Below, piece by piece: positions 55,723-64,000 of a stretch of 64,000 nucleotides of DNA. The stretch is from a virus. Its lineage: Duplodnaviria > Caudoviricetes. The position numbers were made by a program, and so were the translations under genes. Numbering within the stretch: position 1 is the stretch's first letter; each line of letters opens with the position of its first letter. The notes below the pieces were generated by a model. It did not search any database. It saw only the letters and a list, made by a program, of their open reading frames with translations, and had not been told where the DNA came from. The stretch spans positions 28,766 to 92,765 of IMG/VR virus record IMGVR_UViG_3300037067_024922; one strand, written 5' to 3'.

Positions 55723-55841
55723 ACTATAATATAGAAGGAGGTGATCTATATGTCGTGGGGTTAAGAGCCTCTGAGATGTGATCAAAAATGAAATTACAAA
55801 ATGGTCGTATTGAATGTGATTCTTAATCAAAAGGAGGCAAT

Positions 55842-55979
55842 ATGGGCCAAGCAAAACGCAACAGAGAGTCTGGGGCAACAGTGAAGAAGAAGTTGAGATT
55901 CCTTCATTTGCTGAGGCTGATTACAAAGAAATATAATGAACATCAAATTCTGGCATTTGCCAAAAGGAGGAAACTATGA
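55842..55979 (+). CDS. 45-aa basic peptide, absent from the ORF track
   Basis: AAGGAGG RBS; ATGA coupling to the next gene. Confidence 0.5.
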   Translation: MGQAKRNRESGATVKKKLRFLHLLRLITKKYNEHQILAFAKRRKL

Positions 55980-56350
55980 GGATCGTGCAAAGATTTGGTA
56001 GTTACAACCAGCGTCGGTATGGCCGTCCATGGATTGCCAAAATTACTTCTTGGCCTGTTGGTGGAAAAGCTGAGGTTGTTTGGGGCTCATATCTTGGATC
56101 TGACAATGGTGGAGAAGTTGAAATTGAAGCCAATCCTGGAGACATCATAAGGACGGGCCAAAAAGATGGAAGAGGGAAAGGTACTTCTGCCGACTGGTAT
56201 ATTGTCAATGAAGATGGCTCTTTGAAATCAACCACTGCAGCAGAAGCAAAATCACATTGGGAATCCTACCACATGGTAAAAATAAATCCTTTGGAGAAAA
56301 TTTCAATGGAGGAGTTGATTGCAGAAATCGAGAGGAGGAAAATATCATGA
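55976..56350 (+). CDS. Hypothetical phage protein
   Basis: AAGGAGG RBS; YNQRRYGRPWIAKI...GQKDGRG. Confidence 0.7.
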   Translation: MRIVQRFGSYNQRRYGRPWIAKITSWPVGGKAEVVWGSYLGSDNGGEVEIEANPGDIIRTGQKDGRGKGTSADWYIVNEDGSLKSTTAAEAKSHWESYHMVKINPLEKISMEELIAEIERRKIS

Positions 56351-57901
56351 AGGGAATCGAGGAAATGATCTTCGCAGTAAAGAGCGGCTTCGCATACTTC
56401 TATTGCGAGAGCCAAGAAATCAACAAGACTGTAGTAGATATCACAAAAGGCCTGACCGAGTATTTCGATGCCAACCAGAATGGGATCCAGTTCGCTGTCT
56501 CTACCTGGGATTTTGAAGAGACCACAGAGAAGGGAGAGAGCAAATACAACAGCCCTGATGAAATGCTTCTCAAGTTAGAAAATGTCCAAAATGGATTCGA
56601 TGAAGTTCCTCCAGGCACCGTCATCGTCGCCAAGAACTTCAATTGGTTCCTCAGTGATGATTACGGTAACTGTGATAAGTCAAAGACAAGCTGGCTTCTC
56701 AATAGGTCCGCAAAATTCTCAAGTGCCGCAACCCGTAAGATCCTTATCATTATTGGAAATGTTACCTTTGATAAGGCAATTCCTGAGGTGCTTAGAAGAG
56801 ATTTTGCCCATATCGAATTTGCATTGCCAGACGAGAAAGAGATCGAATCGGTTTACGATTTCATCGTTGAGCCCGCAAAGAAAAATCCAAAATTTGTGAC
56901 CCCCGACAGATAAAGAAAAGGCAAGAATTATCGCTGGAGCAAGAGGCTTGACAAGGTCCGAGATCATCAAGGTTTTCAGTTACAGTATCGTAAAGAATAA
57001 GGGTATTTTCAATCCAGCGACAGTCGAGGAACTCAGGGCGGAAGAGATTAACAATACTCCTGGGTTGAAAATTGGGATCTATGACAAGAGGTTGGAAGAC
57101 CTAAAAGGGTACGAGATTGCGAAAGAGATCGTCAGTGAATGGATTGATGATCCTGAAGCAAAAGGCATCATGCTTCTCGGACCTGCTGGAGTTGGAAAAA
57201 CTCATTTTTGTCAATCATTGGCCGGTCATTACAATCGTCTCATCATTGAACTTGAGTTTGCTCAGCTGATGGGCGACGGTCTTGTTGGACAGGCAGAGAA
57301 GGCAATGAAAAAGGCACTTGATGTGGTGGCTGCAAATGCCAACCCTGCTTCTCCCATTATCGTTTTTGTTGATGAGATTGAAAAGGGTTTAGCAGGGACA
57401 TCTGGTGCAGGTGGACAGGCTGGCGCCAATGATGGCGGAACGACAGATCGATCCAATGCTCAGTTTCTTAAATTCCTTTCAGATGCAAGGCCAAAAGGAA
57501 TCTATTTCGTTGCATCATGTAACGATATAGAGAAACTTCCTGCAGCCTATGTCCGGGCAGAACGCTGGGACACGGCACCAATCTTTGTTGATCTGCCAGA
57601 TAAGGCAGAACAGATGGCAATCCTGGCTCACTACCAGGAGCTGTATGAGGTCACTGCTCAGCCCTATGATATGAAGGGTTGGACAGGGGCAGAGATCAAA
57701 GCATGGTGTAAGTTAGCCAGGAAGAAGATAGACAAAGGCAAAAAGGCAAATGATGCGGACGAATTGATTGTCCCCATCTCCAGGACGATGGAGAAAGAAA
57801 TTGGTTATCTTCGGTCTTGGAAGAATGGCAGGACGGTGCCTGCCTCAAGAAAAATTGTCGTTGATCAAGCCAATTCTGGCAGGCAACTTGACATGAAGTA
57901 A
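56347..57901 (+). CDS. Ycf46-like AAA+ ATPase (~517 aa), split by one extra C in the C5 run at 56900-56904
   Basis: Removing one C reads ...FVTPTDKEKARIIAGARGLTRSE... into the 56948 ORF; Walker A GPAGVGKT, Walker B FVDEIEK, NDIEKLP..VRAERWD. Confidence 0.8.
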
Positions 57902-57945
57902 GAGATTGCTGTCCTATCGGCATTACGGGGAGAAGGGAATCTAAA

Positions 57946-58131
57946 ATGAGGTGGCAAAAGAAACTTAACAAAAAGGAACTTGCCCATGTAAGGAAATGGT
58001 GCAGAGGAACTTTGGCTGGATTAAAAAGAGCCAGGGAATTTCAAAAGGAAAAGAAAGAAAAATTTCCTGAAATGTCCGAGCCTTGCTGGGAATGTAGAAT
58101 GATTGCTCGTAAGCTCGGACTGGAGACCTAA
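57946..58131 (+). CDS. Hypothetical phage protein
   Basis: ELAHVR...EPCWECRMIARKLGL. Confidence 0.6.
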   Translation: MRWQKKLNKKELAHVRKWCRGTLAGLKRAREFQKEKKEKFPEMSEPCWECRMIARKLGLET

Positions 58132-58134
58132 ATC

Positions 58135-58168
58135 AGGTTAGGCTGTTCGTGACAGCCATTAACCTTTT
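58135..58168 (+). terminator. Intrinsic terminator-like hairpin
   Basis: AGGTTA-GGCTGT/ACAGCC-TAACCT followed by TTT. Confidence 0.55.
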
Positions 58169-58227
58169 CGTCTTTCTCCAGAGTGGAGAGTTCTGGAGAT
58201 TGGCCGAATTGAAAGGGGGAACAAGGG

Positions 58228-58560
58228 ATGCCATGTTATGAAGTGAGAACAGTGTCGGTCGAGTTCAAGGTCGAAAACATCGACCTGCTCAAAAGGGCAT
58301 TGGAAAATATCGGATGGTATGTCAGGGGAGAAAACAAAAGATCAATCGCGATCAAAAGAAAAGATGAATATGCATTTCCTGTTGCTATTGATTTCGAAAG
58401 AGGTTCTATAAGCAGCACCATGGAACAGTCTGCTCTTTTTAAATTTTCCAATCAGCTCAAGCGAGCCTATAGCGAGCAGGTCATTGATGAGGTGGCCAAG
58501 CGGCAAAAATGGATCAAAAAACAAATGGGAGCAAATCAATTTCAGCTTCAACGATTTTAA
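58228..58560 (+). CDS. DUF1257/Ycf35-like protein
   Basis: NIDLLKRALENIGW...LKRAYS...AKRQKW pattern; next to the Ycf46-like ATPase. Confidence 0.6.
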   Translation: MPCYEVRTVSVEFKVENIDLLKRALENIGWYVRGENKRSIAIKRKDEYAFPVAIDFERGSISSTMEQSALFKFSNQLKRAYSEQVIDEVAKRQKWIKKQMGANQFQLQRF

Positions 58561-58578
58561 GGAAGGAGGCCAAGTAAA

Positions 58579-58752
58579 ATGGAAGAGCTTTTGAAAGAGC
58601 TTTTGAAGAAGATGTTGATTGACAACTTGGAGATAAGAATTGACAGAAATACAGAATTCGGCGTTTGGGATAATTATTCTCGAATTAAAGTTTCTCTTGT
58701 TTTGTTTGGAGAACCAATATCTTCTGATTTCCTCCCAGAAAGGAGCAAGTGA
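58579..58752 (+). CDS. Small hypothetical protein (57 aa)
   Basis: AAGGAGG RBS; read by hand. Confidence 0.5.
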   Translation: MEELLKELLKKMLIDNLEIRIDRNTEFGVWDNYSRIKVSLVLFGEPISSDFLPERSK

Positions 58753-58815
58753 TGGACATCATAAATCTGCAAATTCTTGAAGACGGTACGGCTTTGAAAA
58801 AAGTGAAGGAGGAAC

Positions 58816-59073
58816 GTGATGACAAAGAAAAAAGAAATTGAACCTTGCTGCGTGGCAGATCAGTTCTGTTTGGCTCCAGCGAATTTTGATCCTCCTGTTT
58901 CGGCAAAGGGAGAGTGTTTCTCTTGTGGGGAGAAGGTCTGCACTGCCTGTTCATCAATCCGGAAGTATTACAAATATGGCAAAGTTCGCCTCTGTAATAA
59001 ATGTCAAATTGAATACGATGGGAACGATAAACGAGTTGTTGCCAGGCTTCATAAGATGGCAGAAAGGAAATAA
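58816..59073 (+). CDS. Cys-rich Zn-finger protein
   Basis: CFSCG..VCTAC...LCNKC. Confidence 0.6.
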   Translation: MMTKKKEIEPCCVADQFCLAPANFDPPVSAKGECFSCGEKVCTACSSIRKYYKYGKVRLCNKCQIEYDGNDKRVVARLHKMAERK

Positions 59074-59078
59074 GCCTT

Positions 59079-59288
59079 ATGGACATCATGAACCTCAAAA
59101 TCCTTGAAGATGGTACGATTACAGTCAAGACAAGCGAGATCAGCGATGGCAATCATATGTCGGCAGATGCCCTAATGGCAAATCTTGATTCCCTGATGGG
59201 CGGTCATGTCGACATCGAACCAAACACTGATGAGATGCAAAAGGCTCATGCCCATGCCCACAAGCACGGGCTGGCTCATGCACATTAA
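59079..59288 (+). CDS. DUF2997-like protein with His-rich tail
   Basis: LKILEDGTITVKT...LMGG; ends HAHAHKHGLAHAH. Confidence 0.6.
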   Translation: MDIMNLKILEDGTITVKTSEISDGNHMSADALMANLDSLMGGHVDIEPNTDEMQKAHAHAHKHGLAHAH

Positions 59289-59327
59289 ACAATTAAATGA
59301 AAGGAGAAAGGAGAAAGGAGAAAGAAG

Positions 59328-59558
59328 ATGGAATTAGATCTCATTTTAAAGATTGCAGATGGGAAAACAACAGAAAAAGATGCAGAGGAGATTCTCTATC
59401 AAATTTGCGATGATAATCATGCTTCGTGCAACAATAATTGTCCAGTGTACGAAGATTTCGGGAATGTTCCCGAGACATCAGATCACCAAAATTGCCGTTG
59501 TTTTAAAAATGGTAAAAAGATGTTGTATTATCTCCGTATGGGCAAATTTTTGCACTAA
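59328..59558 (+). CDS. Cys-rich hypothetical protein
   Basis: Triplicated AAAGGAG RBS; ICDDNHASCNNNCPVY...CRCFKNG. Confidence 0.6.
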   Translation: MELDLILKIADGKTTEKDAEEILYQICDDNHASCNNNCPVYEDFGNVPETSDHQNCRCFKNGKKMLYYLRMGKFLH

Positions 59559-59639
59559 CATTCACCTGCCCGAAGAGACTGAGAAGTTGGGTGTTCAGCA
59601 TCCGGTAGGTCTCTGCGGGCAGGCATAAAGGAGTTAAAG

Positions 59640-59984
59640 ATGAAAAAGACAATTTTGATTTTGATCAGCATCTTGCTGTTATGCGGATGTGCAACGACAT
59701 CGGCCAAAAAGTTTCATGTTGAAACTGCGGTATTAGTAAAGGTTCGCCTGGTCTCTGACCGATCTCAGTATGAACTGGATGTCGCAAAATATTCCTTTGG
59801 CCCCAAAGTTATTGGTGCCTATGCCACTTGCGATAATGCGACTGGCGTATGGAATATCTGGGTCACGGGCACAATGTTTGAGAATAGACAGATAATGGTG
59901 GATTCTGAGAGATCCATCTGGCATGAGGTTGTGGAGTGCTTGTCTGCAACAGATGCTCGGATTGCTAATCCTCATCACCATTAA
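59640..59984 (+). CDS. Lipoprotein, possibly with a metal-binding HE motif
   Basis: Lipobox LCGC; IWHEVVE. Confidence 0.65.
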   Translation: MKKTILILISILLLCGCATTSAKKFHVETAVLVKVRLVSDRSQYELDVAKYSFGPKVIGAYATCDNATGVWNIWVTGTMFENRQIMVDSERSIWHEVVECLSATDARIANPHHH

Positions 59985-60193
59985 ACCCTTTGATGCCCTC
60001 AGAAGAGTTGGCAGTAGTATCTGAAAGAAAAAAATCTTTTAAAATTTTTTAAAATAATTTAATATATGAACAGGAGGTTATGATGGAAATGTTCAAAGCG
60101 ATAGCTTGGACAGGGATTGGAATTGTAATTGGATTGATTTTGGCAAGGATCTATTCATATCTTCTGTTAAATTAGAAAGGAGGTGTTAAGAAG

Positions 60194-60376
60194 ATGGTGG
60201 TCAAACGCAGATACGTTCAAGGAGCATATATCTCTGCCGGGGCAAGAGATGCTTTGAGAAAAGAAGCGATTAAAAGAAATATTTTTACTACGACATTGGT
60301 GTCTGAGATCCTTGAAAAAAAGGCCAAAGAGTTGGCCAGAAAGGAGCGTAAAGGTGCCCAGAATAACCAGATTTGA
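60194..60376 (+). CDS. Ribbon-helix-helix-like DNA-binding protein
   Basis: AAAGGAGGT RBS; basic; strand-helix-helix pattern. Confidence 0.5.
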   Translation: MVVKRRYVQGAYISAGARDALRKEAIKRNIFTTTLVSEILEKKAKELARKERKGAQNNQI

Positions 60377-60743
60377 ATTTGGTGAGATCCCTGATATGAT
60401 GTGCCGGTATTGTGTTTACTGGTTAGAAGCTAAATCATGTGGTTTTCAAGAACAGAGTGAAGAGGCAGATGCAGAATTTGTCGAGAAACAGATTCGCCGT
60501 AAAATGGCCAGATCCAGGAAGTGTATTAAGGCTAATAAAGAAGTTCTCTCCCGAGATATATCATGTCAAGATTTTGTTTTGTATCGCAATTTTTGGTGTG
60601 ATCGGCTAAGCCAGATAAATGCAGTTGTGGCTTGTATTGCCCAACAAATTAAACAGCATAAGAATTGTCAAAAATGTCGGCAAGGCCGTTTGTTTTGGAG
60701 ATACATTGAAGCAACTCAACTTGAAGAAAAGGAGATAGCCTAA
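60354..60743 (+). CDS. Cys-rich hypothetical protein
   Basis: CRYC...C...CQKCRQG; AAGGAG before GTG. Confidence 0.55.
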   Translation: MPRITRFEFGEIPDMMCRYCVYWLEAKSCGFQEQSEEADAEFVEKQIRRKMARSRKCIKANKEVLSRDISCQDFVLYRNFWCDRLSQINAVVACIAQQIKQHKNCQKCRQGRLFWRYIEATQLEEKEIA

Positions 60744-61252
60744 TGAACCGGGGATACAATATAAATATGGTTAGGTGTGCGATTATGGCGATGCAAGAAC
60801 CAGTACTGATTGACGAGCCGGCGATATCTGATCTTCTTGTATCGCCGAGTTCCCCATTAGACATTTTAATTGAGAAGGAAGAAAATCAAATCAAAGCAAA
60901 AAAATACCAAAGTTTATCCAGCGAAGCAAAACAAGTAATTGATATTGTATTAAACACTCCTACCGAGCTTCTTGAGTTGATCACATCCAGTACGCTTCAT
61001 AAAATCGGTAAAAACCGGATTCGCCTGATGATGCAACGGCACTGGAAAGATAAAAAATATGCTGATAAGGTGATCTCTGAATTAGAATCCTTCGTATCAG
61101 TTAATGAAGAGAGGGTGGAAAGAAAATTGCCGGTTAAGAAACAAGTCAATGGTCAGAAAATACACCGAGGTCGATTCGTGATTGTTAGTGGCATCGATGA
61201 CCATAACGAACTCGAGACTTTGTCGGAATTAAGGAAGGAATTGTTGCTGTGA
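60743..61252 (+). CDS. Hypothetical protein
   Basis: RBS; TAATG coupling. Confidence 0.6.
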   Translation: MNRGYNINMVRCAIMAMQEPVLIDEPAISDLLVSPSSPLDILIEKEENQIKAKKYQSLSSEAKQVIDIVLNTPTELLELITSSTLHKIGKNRIRLMMQRHWKDKKYADKVISELESFVSVNEERVERKLPVKKQVNGQKIHRGRFVIVSGIDDHNELETLSELRKELLL

Positions 61253-62712
61253 GAATCAAGTTCATTGACCAAGTTTATTGTAAGGTTGAACCAAAAGAGG
61301 ATGCATTTCTTATTGATCCATGTCTACAGTATCCTTCTGAAAGATGGAAAGAGGGAGCGTATCATAATGAAAAAATAGAAAAGATTTCGTCAATGTGTGA
61401 CAAACGTAGCAGAAAATTCCTGGCAGGGCTCTACCCAAGAGTTATTTCATATTGTAAAGACAATAACATTCCTATAGAAGTACAGGCTTTGCTTGACTTT
61501 CCGGGAACCTGCAAACCGGCCTTGCCAGGAATTGAATTCAGAGAAGACCAAGTCGCGATGTTTAATAAGGTTATTGAATTTAGAAGAGGTCTGATTGTTG
61601 GCCCTCCTGGAATCGGTAAAACCGTGATAGCAGGCGGAATAATTTCTATGTTCTCGAAATCCACCGTGGCAATGGTTGTTCATACTGAAGCCTTATTCAG
61701 CCAGACCATTGAAAATTTTCAAAATTGGTTTGGCAAGGCCGATGTCGGTATCATTGGTAATCAGACCTTTGCCCTGAGCAGAGTTAATGTAATCATGGCT
61801 CAGACAGCCCGGGCAATTACGGCTGTCGATAAAAAGGGCAAATGTAGCCATGAAAATATCGACGCTTTTGTAGATCTCCTCTTAGACGTGAAGGTGTTAA
61901 TCATTGACGAGTGCCATCATGCAGGTAATAGCAAAGGCATGTATGCAAAGGTTTGCGCCTGTTGTGCTGAGGCACCAATAAAAATCGGGATGACGGCCAC
62001 TCCTCTCCATCAGAAAAAACAGAGGCATGCTGCCCTGACCTGCGAAGGATTGATTGGGCCAATTATTGGTCAGCTAACACTTCAAGAAGGTATTGAGAAA
62101 GGACTCCTTGCCGTGCCAAAGGTCAAATTGATCCCCGTTCCTTTTAATGCCGGGATTGCTGACAGGAATAGGACGTATGGACCATCATATAAATACGAGG
62201 ATAATGTTAAAATCCTCGTTAGCAATGGCATCTACAAAGATGCGATTATTTTGAACAGGGCAAGAAATCGCTTGGTTGTAAAGGCGGCTGCCGAGAGAGT
62301 AGCTTTGGGTGATTCTGTTCTTATTATGATTACTGACGTCATCAATGAACAAGGAAAGATGCTTCAAGAGATGGGGCATGATATTTACGGATTAGACATT
62401 AGTTTGGTTCAAGGACCAACCGAATCTGATACAAGAACAGAAATCAAAAAAGCCTTACAATCGAAAAGTATAAAGTGCGTTGTCACAACGACAGTCTGGC
62501 GGGAAGGTATCAATATCCCAAGTCTGGACTGCGTGATTTGGGCGAGTGGAGGCAAGGCTGATATAGCCACTCTGCAAGGGTTGGGCCGGGGGTTGAGGAC
62601 CACGACGGGGAAGACGACTTTCACATTGATCGATTTTCTTGACCCATACAAGTACTTGGCTCGGCACACGATTGAGAGACTGAGAGTTTACATAGAGAAC
62701 GGATGTTTGTAA
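61249..62712 (+). CDS. SF2 DExH helicase (UvsW/Rad25-like)
   Basis: GPPGIGKT, IIDECHH, GMTATP, EGINIPSL, QGLGRGLR. Confidence 0.93.
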   Translation: MRIKFIDQVYCKVEPKEDAFLIDPCLQYPSERWKEGAYHNEKIEKISSMCDKRSRKFLAGLYPRVISYCKDNNIPIEVQALLDFPGTCKPALPGIEFREDQVAMFNKVIEFRRGLIVGPPGIGKTVIAGGIISMFSKSTVAMVVHTEALFSQTIENFQNWFGKADVGIIGNQTFALSRVNVIMAQTARAITAVDKKGKCSHENIDAFVDLLLDVKVLIIDECHHAGNSKGMYAKVCACCAEAPIKIGMTATPLHQKKQRHAALTCEGLIGPIIGQLTLQEGIEKGLLAVPKVKLIPVPFNAGIADRNRTYGPSYKYEDNVKILVSNGIYKDAIILNRARNRLVVKAAAERVALGDSVLIMITDVINEQGKMLQEMGHDIYGLDISLVQGPTESDTRTEIKKALQSKSIKCVVTTTVWREGINIPSLDCVIWASGGKADIATLQGLGRGLRTTTGKTTFTLIDFLDPYKYLARHTIERLRVYIENGCL

Positions 62713-62813
62713 GAATTGAATATCTTTTTTGTTGCAGGAATATACTATAATTGGCTGTAGGTTTATAAACCATCCCGGAAAGGGATATTAGAAAAGGATA
62801 TTGGAGGTGTATC

Positions 62814-63041
62814 ATGGGCGGACCAGGAAGTGGTAGGAAGAAGGGCAGCGGTGGCAAGAGGTATGCGAATAGAGGTCTCCCTCCTATTGCTCATTAAAGG
62901 CATATTCGGATTTTGAAGGCAAGGTTAAAAAATACAGCAAGACCTGGTACGAAAAAAGCCGCAGGTTTAAAAGTTAAAATAGCTCGGGCAACAGCTCGTA
63001 TGGAAAAAGCAAAAGTAAGGTATAACAGAAAGTATAAATAA
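62814..63041 (+). pseudogene. Small basic protein (MGGPGSGRKK...) with in-frame TAA at 62895-62897
   Basis: GGAGGT RBS; the frame continues with 47 Lys/Arg-rich codons and ends in a TAATG overlap with the primase. Confidence 0.55.
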
Positions 63042-63967
63042 TGGATCTCGACCTTGAGTTAGTCGACACCAAATCTCTCCTGGACGATCTTGACATTGAA
63101 TACAAGACTTCGGGGAAAAATATAGGTTCAGGTTGCGTTGGAATTGTTTGCCCATTTTGCGGGGACCAATCGAACCACTGCGGAATCTTCATTAAAAGGA
63201 ACCTATTCAAATGCTGGGTGTGTCAGGAAAAAGGATCTATCATTAGATTAATCAAGGAAATCAAAGGCATATCGTATACAAAAGCAGAAAATATTGTCAA
63301 AGGCTATTTGCAGGAGAGTAGTCTTGCTCTCTTTAAGGATTCAACGCCTGCATCAGCCAATTCTGTAAGGAGTAATCGGGCGGTTTTGGCGTATCCTGTC
63401 CCGCTTCTCGAAACGATCCCCGAGCCACATAGGCAGTATCTCTTGTCGAGAAATTTTGATCCTGATCTGTTGACCAAAAAATATCGGTTAAGGTTCACCT
63501 ATAACACTGGCGAGCATCGGTTCAGAATCATTGCTCCGATTATTGTCAATGGAAAGGCAGTCTCCTGGATTGCCGCCGATGTGATCAGAAAAGGGGATAC
63601 TCCGCCATACATCAAATGCCCGAGAGAAATGTCAATTCTTTCTGCCAATGATTGTCTCTATAATATCGACAGCGTTGGATCTGTGGCAATTCTGGTAGAA
63701 GGAATAACCGATGTTTGGCGTATTGGCGATGGATGTGTAGCCTCTATGACAAAGGCGATCAATCCCCAACAGGTTAGGCAACTCTCTGAGCATGGGGTTA
63801 AAAAAGTTGTTGTTATGTATGATTCAGATGCCTTCGATATGGCCCAGAAAACTGCAAGGAAATTACAAGGAAATTTTTCTGTAGATGTGGCGCAATTAAC
63901 GGAAGGAGACCCTGCAGATTTGTCAATCAATGATGTCATTGATTTGCGGGCTGAAGTATTTAAGTAA
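63041..63967 (+). CDS. DNA primase (Zn finger plus TOPRIM)
   Basis: CPFCGD...CWVC; RIIAPI; LVEGITDV; YDSDA; GDPADL. Confidence 0.9.
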   Translation: MDLDLELVDTKSLLDDLDIEYKTSGKNIGSGCVGIVCPFCGDQSNHCGIFIKRNLFKCWVCQEKGSIIRLIKEIKGISYTKAENIVKGYLQESSLALFKDSTPASANSVRSNRAVLAYPVPLLETIPEPHRQYLLSRNFDPDLLTKKYRLRFTYNTGEHRFRIIAPIIVNGKAVSWIAADVIRKGDTPPYIKCPREMSILSANDCLYNIDSVGSVAILVEGITDVWRIGDGCVASMTKAINPQQVRQLSEHGVKKVVVMYDSDAFDMAQKTARKLQGNFSVDVAQLTEGDPADLSINDVIDLRAEVFK

Positions 63968-64000
63968 ATTTTTTCTTTTTAACACTCGGAAAATCCTATA

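Noticed and set aside
57890-57945. Twister ribozyme-like words (ATGAAG, GTCCTA, GAAGGG)
   Set aside because: The required pseudoknot pairings and P4 stem cannot be formed
59299-59324. AAAGGAG tandem repeat as an array
   Set aside because: Three copies of an RBS heptamer, most simply slippage; no spacers, and no CRISPR array seen anywhere in the window
59575-59615. Hairpin ribozyme (AGAA opposite GUC)
   Set aside because: Helix 1 flanking loop A does not pair and there is no loop B consensus
6548-61031. Other CTGATGA occurrences as additional hammerheads
   Set aside because: Those noticed lie inside coding sequence and lack the GAAA and three-stem arrangement
386-63939. Numerous minus-strand ORFs in the track
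   Set aside because: Nearly all are antisense shadows of + strand genes or structured regions, with no recognisable motifs

Overview
This 64 kb window is part of a tailed dsDNA phage or prophage with siphovirus-type tail genes, and essentially all genes lie on the + strand. Order: terminase C-terminus (1-779), then about 19 kb of accessory genes between terminase and portal that include a dispersed nucleotide-sugar and glycan-modification set, then the DUF4055-type portal, an intein-containing MuF minor head protein, a PD-(D/E)xK nuclease gene, scaffold, major capsid, cement protein, a GT2 glycosyltransferase inside the capsid operon, neck and tail genes (chaperone with -1 frameshift, 1812-aa tape measure), fibres and lysis genes (to ~52.2 kb). 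An early-type region follows, starting with a promoter and a ~400-nt highly structured non-coding leader. It carries two canonical hammerhead ribozymes bracketing a DUF3150-like gene, a Ycf46-like AAA+/DUF1257/DUF2997 module, an SF2 helicase and a primase. The strongest candidates for undescribed biology are (1) the hammerhead pair, which would excise a 1284-nt RNA with ligatable ends, (2) a self-contained rare-sugar synthesis plus probable virion glycosylation system, and (3) the large structured leader RNA. Several genes carry single-base lesions (assembly error or decay). All family calls come from motif recognition by eye; no database searches or folding programs were run.
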